DNA of 63,418 nucleotides, filler included, from a bacterium (GTDB lineage: Bacteria > JALSQH01): assembly GCA_026985515.1 (NCBI GenBank). It is 8 parts of 8 records of this genome, joined end to end, with 100 filler letters (N's around TTAATTAATTAA, not from the genome) between each part and the next. Parts side by side here need not be neighbours in the genome. Positions count along the whole stretch, not along the records: positions 15,407 to 30,695 come from JALSQH010000084.1; 7 more parts are not named here. One strand, given 5' to 3'. The notes under the pieces are model-generated. The model saw only the letters and a list, made by a program, of their open reading frames with translations, was not told where the DNA came from and did no database searches. The position numbers were made by a program, and so were the translations under genes. This document shows, piece by piece, positions 20,313 through 30,795 of this stretch. Each line of letters begins with the position of its first letter. Position 1 is the stretch's first letter.

Positions 20313-22160
20313 ATGCCAGATTACAGAGTGGACGAAAGGGATATAAGGTTTGTCCTGTACGAACAGCTTGAAATGGACAAAAAACTAAAAGAGATCCCAG
20401 ACTATCAGGACTTTGATCGCGACATGTATGACATGGTTCTAAACGAAGCCATTAAATTCGCCGTAAACGAAGTGGCTCCTGTGAATCGATGCGGAGACCT
20501 TGAGGGCTGCAGGTTTGAAAATGGAAAAGCCTATGTTCCCAGTTGCTACAAAGAAGTATACAAAAAATATGCAGAGGCTGGATGGATAGGTCTTGTGAGT
20601 GATCCTGAATATGGTGGTCAGGGAATGCCCGAAACACTTGGTGTGGCAGTCTCAGAAGTTTTTGCTGGTGCTTCACTTGCATTTGTAATGTATCCTGGCT
20701 TGACCGCAGAAGCAGCCAGATTACTCCTCCACTATGGAAGCGAGGAGATGAAAAAACTGTATGTTCCCAGAATGCTCTCTGGTGAGTGGCAGGGAACCAT
20801 GTGTCTTACAGAACCTGATGCCGGTAGCGATGTTGGTAATTCCAAAACAAAGGCTATAAAGAAGGATGGAAGGTACTTCATTGAAGGTCAAAAAATATTC
20901 ATCTCCTCCGGTGACCACGACATGACAGAGAACCATATCCACCTTGTTCTTGCAAGACTTGAAGGAGCACCTCCCGGAACAAAGGGACTGAGCCTCTTTC
21001 TGGTACCAAAGTACAAAGTGAACCCGGATGGTTCACTTGGAGAATTCAACGACGTTCATCTGGTAAGTATCGAACATAAAATGGGTATAAATGGTTCAGT
21101 CACCGCAACCCTCAGTTTCGGTGAAAATGGAAAATGTGAAGGTTACCTCATCGGAGAGGAAAATAAAGGTATCCAGTACATGTTTCTTATGATGAACGGC
21201 GCAAGAATTGGAACCGGAATGCTTGCAATGGCAAATGCAGCCGCTGCTTATCTCGATGCCCTTGATTATGCGCATGAAAGGAAGCAGGGCTCCCACTGGA
21301 CCCAGTTTAAAGATCCCACTGCTCCCAGGGTACCCATCATTGAACATCCTGATGTTAGAAGAATGATCATGATCATGAAATCCACAGTAGAGGGGCTCAG
21401 AAGTCTTCTTTACCATGTTGGCCTCTATGCTGATCTTGCAGAAAAGCATCCTGACGAGAAGGTAAGGGAGCACTATCAGGATCTCCTTGATCTTCTGACC
21501 CCAATTGCCAAGGCATACAGCAGTGACCAGGCTTTCAGAGTGGCAGAACTCGCAGTTCAGACATATGGAGGATATGGATACACTAAAGATTACATGGTTG
21601 AGCAGTATCTCAGAGATATAAAAATCACCTCCATCTACGAAGGAGCAAATGGAATTCAGGCGATGGACCTCCTTTTCAGGAAGATGACTCTGCATGGTGG
21701 AAGGCTGTTTATGAGATTCATGACTGAATTGAATCAGTTCATTGAAAAACATCAGAATGAAGAAAAGATGAAAGACTTTATTTCAAAACTTGCTGCTGCA
21801 AGAGACTCACTGGTAAAAATCGCCATGCAGTATCAGCAGGATGCTAGCAGTGGAAACTTTCTCCATCTGCTGCTTACAGCAACACCTTATCTTGAACTTT
21901 TTGGGCATGTTGTAGTTGGCTACTACATGGCTGATCAGGCAAGAGTGGCCATCCAGAAACTGGAGGAAATCTACAAAGCCAAAGGAGCAGATACCGAAGA
22001 AAAACAGAAAGAACTGGTTAGAGAGAATGAGGAGGCGAAATTCTACTACAACAAGATTCAGACCGTAAAATTCTTCCTCAACCATGCTCTGCCGAAGGTT
22101 AAGGCTTTAGAAATGGAAATTGCAGACGATGATAAATCTCCCATGGATGTGATACTCTGA
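20313..22160 (+). CDS. Acyl-CoA dehydrogenase (about 600-aa DmdC/FadE5-like type)
   Basis: [78 protein letters not shown]. Confidence 0.95.
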   Translation: MPDYRVDERDIRFVLYEQLEMDKKLKEIPDYQDFDRDMYDMVLNEAIKFAVNEVAPVNRCGDLEGCRFENGKAYVPSCYKEVYKKYAEAGWIGLVSDPEYGGQGMPETLGVAVSEVFAGASLAFVMYPGLTAEAARLLLHYGSEEMKKLYVPRMLSGEWQGTMCLTEPDAGSDVGNSKTKAIKKDGRYFIEGQKIFISSGDHDMTENHIHLVLARLEGAPPGTKGLSLFLVPKYKVNPDGSLGEFNDVHLVSIEHKMGINGSVTATLSFGENGKCEGYLIGEENKGIQYMFLMMNGARIGTGMLAMANAAAAYLDALDYAHERKQGSHWTQFKDPTAPRVPIIEHPDVRRMIMIMKSTVEGLRSLLYHVGLYADLAEKHPDEKVREHYQDLLDLLTPIAKAYSSDQAFRVAELAVQTYGGYGYTKDYMVEQYLRDIKITSIYEGANGIQAMDLLFRKMTLHGGRLFMRFMTELNQFIEKHQNEEKMKDFISKLAAARDSLVKIAMQYQQDASSGNFLHLLLTATPYLELFGHVVVGYYMADQARVAIQKLEEIYKAKGADTEEKQKELVRENEEAKFYYNKIQTVKFFLNHALPKVKALEMEIADDDKSPMDVIL

Positions 22161-22168
22161 TGCCGGCT

Positions 22169-22193
22169 GGAGCGGGTTCTTCCCGCTCCTTTT
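22169..22193 (+). terminator. Intrinsic terminator
   Basis: GGAGCGGG-TTCTT-CCCGCTCC followed by TTTT, 8 nt after the stop codon. Confidence 0.8.
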
Positions 22194-22272
22194 CTCTCTT
22201 TTCTCAATAACTTCTAAACAATTTTGCAGTGATCTTTTTATCAGAACCTCTTCCTGATAAAATATTTATCTA

Positions 22273-23319
22273 ATGATAAGCAAACTTGAAAAGTACATTC
22301 TGAAGGAGCTTTTCAATCACTTCATTCTGATCTATCTCATACTTTTTGTGGTTTTTCTCCTTATTCAAATTGGTGGGCTTCTCAAATCTGTTCCGGGCAC
22401 TATTCCGCTCTGGAAAATACCTTCCATAGTTCCCCTTATCATACCCACCTTTACTCTTTATTTTTCCTTCCCCATTACTCTTTTAACCTTTACAGTGGTT
22501 TCCAGTCAGATGAGAAAAAGGGGAGAAAATATTGCACTTTTTTCCTCTGGTATCTCAATTAAAGAAATCGCAAGAACCTACTTTTTCTTTTCGATTCTGG
22601 TTACCCTTTTCAATCTCTATAATATCTTCTATCTTTTACCTGCAACCCGGTACAGGTTCAACAGGGCATCCCTGGAAATTTTGAAGGAGGGAACAGTTTC
22701 ACTCCTTAACAGGGATGGTTTTTCCGTTGTCAACAACAATCTCACTGTTCTGGTCAAGAAAAACAATGAAAATAACTCAATCCTGCTCTTTTCTGATAAG
22801 AGCAAATTACCAGTTATCATTTCAGCAGAAAATGTGAAATATGTGAGGGGAAAAATTTTGCTTGAAAGAGGTGTTATTATTCCTCTGCTGGAAAGGGCGG
22901 GACATTCATTTATGAGATTTTCCATGGGTGAAATACCCCCATCTCTTTTACTGCCAGTAAAATACAAGACCTATATATCTGAAGGAGAAATTCCATTTCC
23001 CCAGCTTCTTCAGCTGCAACAAAAAGACTTTGATCCAGACTATGCAATTGAAATTAATAGAAGATTGATTCTTTCCCTTGCCGTTCTCCTTGTAACCTGG
23101 GCGGGACTCCTCCCATCAGGCATGAAGAGGGGACAGGAGGATACCGGGATATTCATCGTTACCACACTGATTTTTATCCTCTTTTACCTTTTGATGTCCA
23201 CAGGAAGAAATATTATAAGAGAAAATGAATTTTCGGGTAATTACGTAATGTGGTCTACACTTCTTCTCCTCATCTTATACAATGAAATTTCCTTTTTAAT
23301 TCTGAGGAAAAAGGTATGA
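22273..23319 (+). CDS. lptF: LptF/LptG family LPS export permease
   Basis: KLEKYILKE start, 3 TM + periplasmic + 3 TM layout, GENIALFSSGIS, EINRR. First of a tandem pair. Confidence 0.75.
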   Translation: MISKLEKYILKELFNHFILIYLILFVVFLLIQIGGLLKSVPGTIPLWKIPSIVPLIIPTFTLYFSFPITLLTFTVVSSQMRKRGENIALFSSGISIKEIARTYFFFSILVTLFNLYNIFYLLPATRYRFNRASLEILKEGTVSLLNRDGFSVVNNNLTVLVKKNNENNSILLFSDKSKLPVIISAENVKYVRGKILLERGVIIPLLERAGHSFMRFSMGEIPPSLLLPVKYKTYISEGEIPFPQLLQLQQKDFDPDYAIEINRRLILSLAVLLVTWAGLLPSGMKRGQEDTGIFIVTTLIFILFYLLMSTGRNIIRENEFSGNYVMWSTLLLLILYNEISFLILRKKV

Positions 23320-24392
23320 AGTTCTGGAAGTATCTCCTGATCAGATTTTCTATTATTTTTATCCTTACTTTGCTGGCATCAACCCTGATATTTCAAATCG
23401 TCACGCTTGTTGAAGAGGCCAGCAGACTGGGGGGAGAAGCAAGCCTCACATATCTTCTTTACTGGGAGCTATTAAAGACAGGAGCCATTCTATATCTCCT
23501 TTTTCCACCTTCAACAATCATTGCTTCCTCAATTCTTCTTCTTTCCCTTTCAATTAACAGGGAACTTATTGCTCTCCTTTCCTCAGGAATACCTGTAAGA
23601 AAATTTCTTTTAACTCTTTCATTCACGGGTATCATTGTGGCAGCCAGCCATTTTCTCCTTGGCGAATTTGTCGTGCCTTATATGGAGAAAAAAGCGCAGG
23701 AGATTTACTATACAAAAATAAAAAAATTGTCTTATCAGTTTCGTAAAACTGACAAAGTATGGCTTCAGAGTAAAAACTGCATATGCAGAGTTGGGCTTAT
23801 TCTCCCCGAAGAAAAGGCTCTGAAGGATCTGACAATAATAAAGTTCAATGATGAGCTCAGGCCTGTTGAAGTGGAAAAAGTATGGTTTGCCACATATATA
23901 AGAAATAAGTGGCTGTTTTTAAAAGTAAACAGAGTTGACTACACTCACAGGTTACCTTCAGAAACAAATAAAAAATTTATGGTTTCGGAAGATTTTCCAT
24001 TTTCTTTCAAGTCAATGGAATTTCTCAGGAAAAAACCCTCTGAAATGAACATCATTCAGTTATACAGGTACATCAGGCTCCTGAAACAGGGTGGATACAT
24101 CTATCCATATATCATTGCAGGTTTCATTCAAAAGATAACCTCTCCTCTTATAACAATCATCATCTTTCTTCTTCCAGCAGGATTTCTCTACCTGAATCCC
24201 AGAAAAAAAAATTACCTGCCCCAGCTTGCAATTTCCATATTTACCGGTTTCGCGATTCTGGGCATCAACCTTCTTGCCTCTTCCATTCATTCGGGAGGAT
24301 TGATACCCTATGTAACATCCACCGGGCCCTTTTTGATTTTGTCTCTACTGACATGGCTTTTAATAAAGCGAAACTTTTCCATAAGACACTGA
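23316..24392 (+). CDS. lptG: LptF/LptG family LPS export permease
   Basis: NRELIALLSSGI, GEFVVP, PSEMNIIQLYRYI. ATGA overlap with lptF. Confidence 0.8.
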   Translation: MKFWKYLLIRFSIIFILTLLASTLIFQIVTLVEEASRLGGEASLTYLLYWELLKTGAILYLLFPPSTIIASSILLLSLSINRELIALLSSGIPVRKFLLTLSFTGIIVAASHFLLGEFVVPYMEKKAQEIYYTKIKKLSYQFRKTDKVWLQSKNCICRVGLILPEEKALKDLTIIKFNDELRPVEVEKVWFATYIRNKWLFLKVNRVDYTHRLPSETNKKFMVSEDFPFSFKSMEFLRKKPSEMNIIQLYRYIRLLKQGGYIYPYIIAGFIQKITSPLITIIIFLLPAGFLYLNPRKKNYLPQLAISIFTGFAILGINLLASSIHSGGLIPYVTSTGPFLILSLLTWLLIKRNFSIRH

Positions 24393-24437
24393 GCCTTCAT
24401 ATTGCTTTACCACTGCTTCTATGGTACAATTGCAAGT

Positions 24438-25046
24438 ATGAAATGGGGATTGAGAAGTATATGTGAGAAGATTCTGAAAAATAAAGGTGAAAATAAACTT
24501 GTCACTTTCTTTAAAGATGTGGAGCTGTTCAGGGATTTCACAGATGAAGAAATCTTGAATTTCATCGAGTCAGTCCCGATTTCAACGAGGGAATATGCCC
24601 CGGGTGAAATGGTTTTTCATGAAGGGCAGGGAGGAGTGAGTGTATACTTCGTTTTTGAAGGGAGAGTGGGGATTTACAAAAATTATGGGGAGACTGATGA
24701 AATCACTCTTGCACATCTCCATAAAGGTGATTTTTTCGGTGAAATATCTTTTCTGAGAGAAACACCAAGAACAGCAACAGTTGTAGCGATGCAACCCACA
24801 GTGCTGCTTGCAATTTCACAGAGAGATATAGAGGAGTTTATGAACAATTATCCCCATATTGCATACAAGATTTTGAAAAATTTTGCCATCAAGTTATCAA
24901 ATGATCTGGAGAAGAGCAACAAACAAATGGAAAATTATGTAAAAACAATTCACTCTCTCAGTGAAGAAGTGGAAATTTTAAAAAAAGAACTCAATTCATG
25001 CAAAAGCAAGTTAAAACCCAGCAACTCCCGGGAAAAAGAAGAATGA
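24438..25046 (+). CDS. Cyclic-nucleotide-binding domain protein with C-terminal coiled coil and no HTH
   Basis: VFHEGQ, GDFFGEISFL...PRTATVVA. Confidence 0.85.
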   Translation: MKWGLRSICEKILKNKGENKLVTFFKDVELFRDFTDEEILNFIESVPISTREYAPGEMVFHEGQGGVSVYFVFEGRVGIYKNYGETDEITLAHLHKGDFFGEISFLRETPRTATVVAMQPTVLLAISQRDIEEFMNNYPHIAYKILKNFAIKLSNDLEKSNKQMENYVKTIHSLSEEVEILKKELNSCKSKLKPSNSREKEE

Positions 25047-26104
25047 GCGGCAAATCCCACTTCTGGGCATGGTTTCAGTTTATAACCATGCTGCTGATTG
25101 GAACTGTAATTCTCTTCAAGTTGCTGAACTTCATCATTATCTCCATACCTCTCATACTCGGTGTTGTAATGTACTATTCCTCGAAACCCATAATTGAATT
25201 CCTGATAAGACATGGAATATCAAGAAAAATGAGCGTAAATATTGTTTTCGTAACCTCTACAATCCTTTCCCTTCTGCTGATTTACTTCATTCCATCCTGG
25301 TTTTATCAGGAAATACTTAATCTGAAAAATAAAGCTCCATTGGTTATTTCACAGATCCAGGATTTACTCACTTCCACGGAAAACTGGCTCAATACAAAAC
25401 TTCCACCAGATATTATGAGAATTGACATTGAAAGTTATGTTATGAGTCTGGCAAAAAAACTTCTACCCCTGATTTTCTCCAATTTGCCAGGAATGATTAC
25501 CAATTTGATTATAATAATTGCCATGACTCCTGTTTTCGGATTCTTTCTCCTGAAGGATTCCAAGCAATTTAAAGAATTCTTTCTCAACATAACTCCAAAC
25601 AGATACTACGAAATGGCTGCGGTGATAATAGACAGGATCAACAAACAGGTGGGCAACTATATTGTGGGAAGAATAATTGAGGCTGCTGCAGTGGGAATTA
25701 TCGTTCTCTTACCCACAGCCTTTGCTGGAGTAGAAGGTTCGGTTCTGATAGCTTTTATTGTGGCAGTTACAAACATCATTCCCTACATAGGACCGATTAT
25801 TGGAACAATTGTAGGAGTTATACTTGGCTTTGCTTCTGTAACAACAAGTTTCACACCCATATGGGTGATTCTCTTTGCATGTGGTGCCGCACAACTGATA
25901 GATGCCGTGATTCTATCCCCCGTGATAGTAGGCAAGAGTATGAATCTACATCCCCTTGTGGTTTTCACAACTTTTATAATTGCCGCGAGAATGTTTGGAA
26001 TACTGGGATTAATCGTGGGCGTACCAATCGTGGCAATATATGTTATAACTTTCCAATCTTTCAGACAGGCTTTAAAGGGATTTGCACCTTACGAAAAAAT
26101 ATGA
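25043..26104 (+). CDS. AI-2E (PerM/UPF0118) family transporter
   Basis: FFLLKD, NIIPYIGPIIG, SPVIVGKSMNLHP, GILGLIVGVP. ATGA overlap with the cNMP gene. Confidence 0.9.
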   Translation: MSGKSHFWAWFQFITMLLIGTVILFKLLNFIIISIPLILGVVMYYSSKPIIEFLIRHGISRKMSVNIVFVTSTILSLLLIYFIPSWFYQEILNLKNKAPLVISQIQDLLTSTENWLNTKLPPDIMRIDIESYVMSLAKKLLPLIFSNLPGMITNLIIIIAMTPVFGFFLLKDSKQFKEFFLNITPNRYYEMAAVIIDRINKQVGNYIVGRIIEAAAVGIIVLLPTAFAGVEGSVLIAFIVAVTNIIPYIGPIIGTIVGVILGFASVTTSFTPIWVILFACGAAQLIDAVILSPVIVGKSMNLHPLVVFTTFIIAARMFGILGLIVGVPIVAIYVITFQSFRQALKGFAPYEKI

Positions 26105-26105
26105 A

Positions 26106-26678
26106 TCAGACTTCCATCAACTCTTTTTCTTTTTCCTCAAGTAGTTTATTGATTTTCTTTATGAACTCGTCGGTGAGCTTCTGCACCTTATCCAGTAGTC
26201 TCTCTATATCATCTTCCGAAACATGACCCTCTTTCTTTATCCTCTTAAGATGGTCATTTGCATCATGTCTCACACCCCTTATCTTCACTCTGTGCTCCTC
26301 AGCGATCTTGTGAGCCTGCTTCACAAGATTTTTTCTGGTTTCCTCTGTAAGGGGTGGAACTGGAACTCTTATCACTTCACCATCATCAGATGGATTGAGG
26401 CCAAGATCAGACTCAAGTATTGCCTTCTCTATGGCCTTGAATATCGTCTTGTCCCATGGTTTTATTACTATTAAATCATGAGAGGGAGCAGTAATAGATG
26501 CAATCTGATTGAGAGGTGTGGGTGTTCCATAATAATCAATTTTAATCCCGTCAAGCAAACTGACCGACGCACGACCTGTCCTCAAATGAGATAACTCTTT
26601 CCTGAAATATTCTATTACCTTTTCCATCCTTCCTCTTGCATCCCTGTATACTTCCTCAAGATCAACCATTTCTTCCAT
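26106..26678 (-). CDS. frr: Ribosome recycling factor
   Basis: [35 protein letters not shown]. Confidence 0.97.
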   Translation of the reverse strand: MEEMVDLEEVYRDARGRMEKVIEYFRKELSHLRTGRASVSLLDGIKIDYYGTPTPLNQIASITAPSHDLIVIKPWDKTIFKAIEKAILESDLGLNPSDDGEVIRVPVPPLTEETRKNLVKQAHKIAEEHRVKIRGVRHDANDHLKRIKKEGHVSEDDIERLLDKVQKLTDEFIKKINKLLEEKEKELMEV

Positions 26679-27399
26679 CACCCACCTCCTCTCCTATGTA
26701 TGTTCCAACCTTTTCACCTTTAACTATTTTAACCAGACTTCCCCTCCTTTTCAAGTTATAAACAATCACCGGCAGACCATTTTCCTTACACAGTGTGATA
26801 GCCGTCATATCCATTACCCTTAAATCTTTGCTGATCACATCATCGTAACTCAGTTTCTCATATAACTTAGCCCTTTTATCCTTTTTGGGATCCGCAGAAT
26901 AAACTCCATCTACATTAGTAGCCTTTAGCAGTACGTCAACTCCCATCTCAATTCCCCTGAGAGCAGAAGCGGTATCTGTGGTAAAAAAGGGATTACCCGT
27001 ACCGGCAGCAAAAATGACAACCCTCCCCTTTTCAAGATGCCTCTGTGCCCTTCTTCTTATATATGGCTCTGCAATGGCTCTCATCTCTATTGCCGTGGCA
27101 ACTCTGGTTGGAACCCCCCTCTTCTCCAGAACATCCTGAAAGGCAAGGGCATTTATGACCGTTGCCAGCATTCCCATATAATCACCGGTAACCCTGTCTA
27201 TGCCCTTTCCTTTGCCCTTTACTCCTCTGAAGATATTTCCTCCTCCCACGACCATGGCAATCTGAACACCCAGTTCCCACACCTCTTTTACTTCATCGGC
27301 GATCTGGGAAATAGTTTCAGCATCGATTCCGAATTCGGCATCACCAGCAAGAGCTTCCCCACTTATTTTGAGAAGGATCCTGTGGTACTTTAAATCCAT
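26662..27399 (-). CDS. pyrH: UMP kinase
   Basis: [46 protein letters not shown]. Confidence 0.97.
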   Translation of the reverse strand: MDLKYHRILLKISGEALAGDAEFGIDAETISQIADEVKEVWELGVQIAMVVGGGNIFRGVKGKGKGIDRVTGDYMGMLATVINALAFQDVLEKRGVPTRVATAIEMRAIAEPYIRRRAQRHLEKGRVVIFAAGTGNPFFTTDTASALRGIEMGVDVLLKATNVDGVYSADPKKDKRAKLYEKLSYDDVISKDLRVMDMTAITLCKENGLPVIVYNLKRRGSLVKIVKGEKVGTYIGEEVGDGRNG

Positions 27400-28025
27400 C
27401 AACTCTTTTTACCTGAAATTATTATTTCATCTTCACCCAATTTCATTCTGACAAATCTTTTCACCACAATATTTTCACCTAACTTGGCAATGTGTTCCTT
27501 GATAAGATCACCTATTTTCTTCTTCTGATCCCTCACATACGGCTGTTCAAGGAGACATACTTCTTCATAAAATTTATTTATCCTTCCCTCAGCTATTCTC
27601 TCTGCTATGTTCTCCGATTTTCCTTCAGCAATTGCAGCCTGTTTGTAAATCTCCTTTTCCTTTTCCAGCTCCTCAGCTGGTACATCCTCTCTGCTTACAT
27701 ACCTGGGGCTCATAGCAGCAATCTGCATTGCAATTTCTTTAACAAGATTCTGGAACTCCTCAGTCCTTGCCACAAAATCGGTCTCGCAATTAACCTCAAC
27801 CAGGACTCCCAGTTTGTTATCATGATGAATGTAGTAACCAATAACACCATCTCCCGCTGCCCTGCCTGCCTTTTTGTCAGCCTTGGCTATCCCCTTTTTT
27901 CTCAGAATTTCGGCAGCCCTGTCAAGGTCACCATCAGCCTCTTCAAGAGCCTTTTTGCATTCAAGTATTCCCGCTCCTGTCCTTTCCCTGAGAGTTTTGA
28001 TCATCTCTGTGGTTATATTTGCCAC
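27399..28025 (-). CDS. tsf: Elongation factor Ts (short form, about 200 aa)
   Basis: [24 protein letters not shown], position between rpsB and pyrH. Confidence 0.97.
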   Translation of the reverse strand: MANITTEMIKTLRERTGAGILECKKALEEADGDLDRAAEILRKKGIAKADKKAGRAAGDGVIGYYIHHDNKLGVLVEVNCETDFVARTEEFQNLVKEIAMQIAAMSPRYVSREDVPAEELEKEKEIYKQAAIAEGKSENIAERIAEGRINKFYEEVCLLEQPYVRDQKKKIGDLIKEHIAKLGENIVVKRFVRMKLGEDEIIISGKKS

Positions 28026-28049
28026 TTTTCTACCTCCAATTTATTTGAT

Positions 28050-28892
28050 TCACTCTTCAGTTTCCTCTTCTTCCTTTTCACCAGACTCAGATTTTTCCTC
28101 TGAAGAACTCTTCGCCTTTCTAATCTTAATAACTTTTTCGGGAGACCTCTTTCCCTGTGCCTGCGCAACCTCAAGGGACTCCTCAACTGCCTGCTGCAAC
28201 CTCTCCTCTCTTAGCTTCAATCCTTCTTCAACTGCCTCCCTTATCTTTGACGTAAAAAGTTTAATGGATCTTATTGCGTCGTCGTTACCGGGAATAATAT
28301 AATCAACCAGGTCAGGATCAGCATTTGTATCAACAATTCCAACAATTGGTATGCCAAGTTTTCTTGCTTCCTTAACTGCAATTTCTTCATTCTTTGTGTC
28401 CACGATGTAAACAGCCTGGGGAAGTTTTTCCATGTCCCTTATTCCATTCAGAACACGCTGAAGTTTCTCTTTCTTACGGAGGAGTCTCATTGCCTCCTTT
28501 TTGGGTAATCTCTCAAGTACTCCCTCTTCTTCCATCTGTTCAATTTTCTTTAACTTTTCCACGCTCTTTCTTATGGTTCTGAAATTGGTAAGAGTACCTC
28601 CAAGCCACCTGAAATTTACATAGGGCATTCCGACCTTTTCCGCTTCCTCCTTAATAATGTCCTGGGCCTGCTTTTTTGTACCAACAAAGAGAATCGTTCC
28701 ACCATCTGCCACCACATTTACAACAAAATCATAGGCAATATCAAAAAGTTTCACAGTTTGTTGAAGATCAATGATATGAATTCTGTTCCTTGTGGTGAAA
28801 ATGTAGGGCTTCATCTTGGGATTCCAGCGATGAGTCTGATGCCCGAAGTGAGCACCAGCTTCCAGAACTTCCTTCATCGTTAATCTTGGCAT
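28050..28892 (-). CDS. rpsB: 30S ribosomal protein S2
   Basis: [35 protein letters not shown]. Confidence 0.98.
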   Translation of the reverse strand: MPRLTMKEVLEAGAHFGHQTHRWNPKMKPYIFTTRNRIHIIDLQQTVKLFDIAYDFVVNVVADGGTILFVGTKKQAQDIIKEEAEKVGMPYVNFRWLGGTLTNFRTIRKSVEKLKKIEQMEEEGVLERLPKKEAMRLLRKKEKLQRVLNGIRDMEKLPQAVYIVDTKNEEIAVKEARKLGIPIVGIVDTNADPDLVDYIIPGNDDAIRSIKLFTSKIREAVEEGLKLREERLQQAVEESLEVAQAQGKRSPEKVIKIRKAKSSSEEKSESGEKEEEETEE

Positions 28893-28911
28893 GGCAAACC
28901 TCCTTGGTTTT

Positions 28912-28984
28912 TTCCTCCACCTGCCTCATTTTCCACAGGGATTACCAGACAGGTAACACCACCTGTGGAATCAGCAGGTGTGTG
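28912..28984 (-). promoter_or_regulatory. rpsB leader RNA (S2 autoregulatory structure)
   Basis: The 5' UTR reads CACACACCTGC...CCACAGG...CCTGTGG...GCAGGTGGAGG: nested stems bounded by CACAC and GGAGG, as in known rpsB leaders. Confidence 0.65.
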
Positions 28985-28992
28985 ATTTAGTA

Positions 28993-29637
28993 TTAAGTTA
29001 TACGAGTATCACTTTTTTCTGCAAGTATTTTCTTTACCTTTTTAAGAGTTACATATGTGGGGGGCATCAGCTTTATCTGATTTCTCTCAGCTCTGGTGAT
29101 GGCATCCTCAGGTCTGATCCATATATACTCCTCTATCTCCCGGGGATTGGGGAATACCTCAGGCTCACCTTCAAGTTTCACAAGAAAAAATCTCGTATCA
29201 AATCTCACGGGAAAGACAGGTGGGGTCAGCCAGTGATCCAGGTACATTATATTTTCGGGGACAGAAATATCACACTCTTTCACCACATCATCAAAAGTAA
29301 GAAGCCCCTTCCGGTACCTCTCCACCACATTCAGATTTCCTCTATCACTTCCCAGAAATATACCGGTTTCCTCAAACACCTCTCTGATACCAGCCACAAT
29401 ATGAGCAATCATTTCCCTCTCACTCATGAAAGCAAGAGAAGAAAGATTCTTCAAAAGTTCCAAAGAAACCCTTCCGCTCAGAATAGAATTGTAATCTTCA
29501 TCATCAACTCTCCCACCGGGATAAACATGGAATCCACCAAGAAATTTCAGGGATTTTTTCCTCAATGTCAGAAGAACTTTACCATCAGGGGTAAGAAGGA
29601 TAAATGTGGAAGCCTTAAAAATTGGAGACATCTTCAC
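28993..29637 (-). CDS. NUDIX hydrolase (NUDT19-like, possibly acyl-CoA diphosphatase)
   Basis: VYPGGRVD..D, split Nudix box GIREVFEETG, HWLTP....RFDTRFF, LMPPT. Confidence 0.85.
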   Translation of the reverse strand: MKMSPIFKASTFILLTPDGKVLLTLRKKSLKFLGGFHVYPGGRVDDEDYNSILSGRVSLELLKNLSSLAFMSEREMIAHIVAGIREVFEETGIFLGSDRGNLNVVERYRKGLLTFDDVVKECDISVPENIMYLDHWLTPPVFPVRFDTRFFLVKLEGEPEVFPNPREIEEYIWIRPEDAITRAERNQIKLMPPTYVTLKKVKKILAEKSDTRIT

Positions 29638-29657
29638 TTAAAATTATAAAATACTCA

Positions 29658-29686
29658 TGTTACAAAATCCAGTGGCCGTCGTATAA
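29658..29686 (+). promoter_or_regulatory. Putative ECF-type autoregulatory promoter
   Basis: TGTTAC-N16-CGTA directly upstream of the ECF gene, similar in geometry to SigW TGAAAC-N16-CGTA. Confidence 0.45.
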
Positions 29687-29704
29687 TATTAGTGGGAGTT
29701 AAAA

Positions 29705-30238
29705 ATGTACAGTGAATATTCTGACAGAGAACTCTTTGAGCTTTTCAGGGAAGGAAGAGAAGAACCTTTTGAGATTGTTTATGAGAGGTACAAACCCAGA
29801 CTTTACGTTTTTCTCAGGAATCTTATTCCAGAAATACCACCAGATGAGATAGGGGATATAATTCAGGATATATTTTTGAAAGTAATAGAAAAGGCAACCT
29901 CTTTTAAAAAGAAGCATAAATTCTCAACCTGGATATATACAATTGCCAGAAACAAAGCTTACGACTACATGAGAAAGAGGAAAAGAAGAAAAAACCCTGA
30001 TCCCCCGGTTGAGAGAACCCCCGAGGAAAAAAGTATTCACAGGGAAGAGTGGGAAAGGGTGCTCTCAGCTGTTACCAGACTTCCTGTGGAGTACAGAGAG
30101 GTGGTTCTTCTGAGGTCAGAGGGATTCTCATACAGGGAAATTTCAAAAATCCTCTTTATCCCTGAGAGGGTCGCCATAACAAGAATGCACAGAGCAGTGA
30201 AAAAATTGAAGGAGGAACTGGGCAATGAAAACTTTTGA
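29705..30238 (+). CDS. ECF sigma factor
   Basis: DIIQDIFLK, FSTWIYTIARNKAYD, LP..YREVVLLR.EGFSYREIS..L.IP. Confidence 0.92.
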   Translation: MYSEYSDRELFELFREGREEPFEIVYERYKPRLYVFLRNLIPEIPPDEIGDIIQDIFLKVIEKATSFKKKHKFSTWIYTIARNKAYDYMRKRKRRKNPDPPVERTPEEKSIHREEWERVLSAVTRLPVEYREVVLLRSEGFSYREISKILFIPERVAITRMHRAVKKLKEELGNENF

Positions 30239-30602
30239 TAGAGAATTTGAAAGGGAAGAAAGAAAGATCATAGAGATGGTATCAAATGCTCTTTCGCAGC
30301 AGAGGAAAAAGGAAGAAAGTTTTTATAAGAATCTCAGGGCTCCTCAATACTCCCGGCCGGGGTATAGAATATGGTGGGTGCTGGCACCCTTTCTCATGAT
30401 TGCTCTTGCTCTACTGATACTTTCCCTTCTCCCTGCCTCTCCACCCACGATTGATAGGATTGATTCTCAGATCTACTCGGTGGAAGAAACACTGCAACTT
30501 ATTGAACCCGATCAGCAGGAACTGGCATCCACAAACATTGATGAGGAGATATGGCAAATTGAAGAGGAATTTAAAACTTTGAAGGAGGAACAAAATGGTT
30601 AA
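30225..30602 (+). CDS. Single-pass membrane protein, probable anti-sigma factor
   Basis: Overlaps the ECF stop codon and has one central TM helix. Confidence 0.6.
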   Translation: MKTFDREFEREERKIIEMVSNALSQQRKKEESFYKNLRAPQYSRPGYRIWWVLAPFLMIALALLILSLLPASPPTIDRIDSQIYSVEETLQLIEPDQQELASTNIDEEIWQIEEEFKTLKEEQNG

Positions 30603-30695
30603 AAAAGGAATTATCTGGGTAATTTTTCTCTCTTTACTCTCACTCCCACTTTATTCTCAGCCCCGAGGACCGATGGGACCGGGCTATGGTATGGG
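30595..30695 (+). CDS. Secreted protein (Spy/CpxP or heavy-metal-sensor-like), truncated by the spacer
   Basis: GGAGG RBS. MVKKGIIWVIFLSLLSLPLYSQPRGPMGPGYGMG is a signal peptide followed by a Gly/Met/Pro-rich stretch. Confidence 0.55.
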
Positions 30696-30795
30696 NNNNN
30701 NNNNNNNNNNNNNNNNNNNNNNNNNNNNNNNNNNNNNNNTTAATTAATTAANNNNNNNNNNNNNNNNNNNNNNNNNNNNNNNNNNNNNNNNNNNN
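30696..30795. other. Artificial contig spacer
   Basis: N44-TTAATTAATTAA-N44. Confidence 0.97.

Noticed and set aside
27492-28302. Long plus-strand ORFs (203 and 142 aa)
   Set aside because: They are antisense shadows of tsf and rpsB with no recognisable motifs.
28978-29649. 223-aa plus-strand ORF
   Set aside because: It is fully antisense to the NUDIX gene, which carries clear family motifs.
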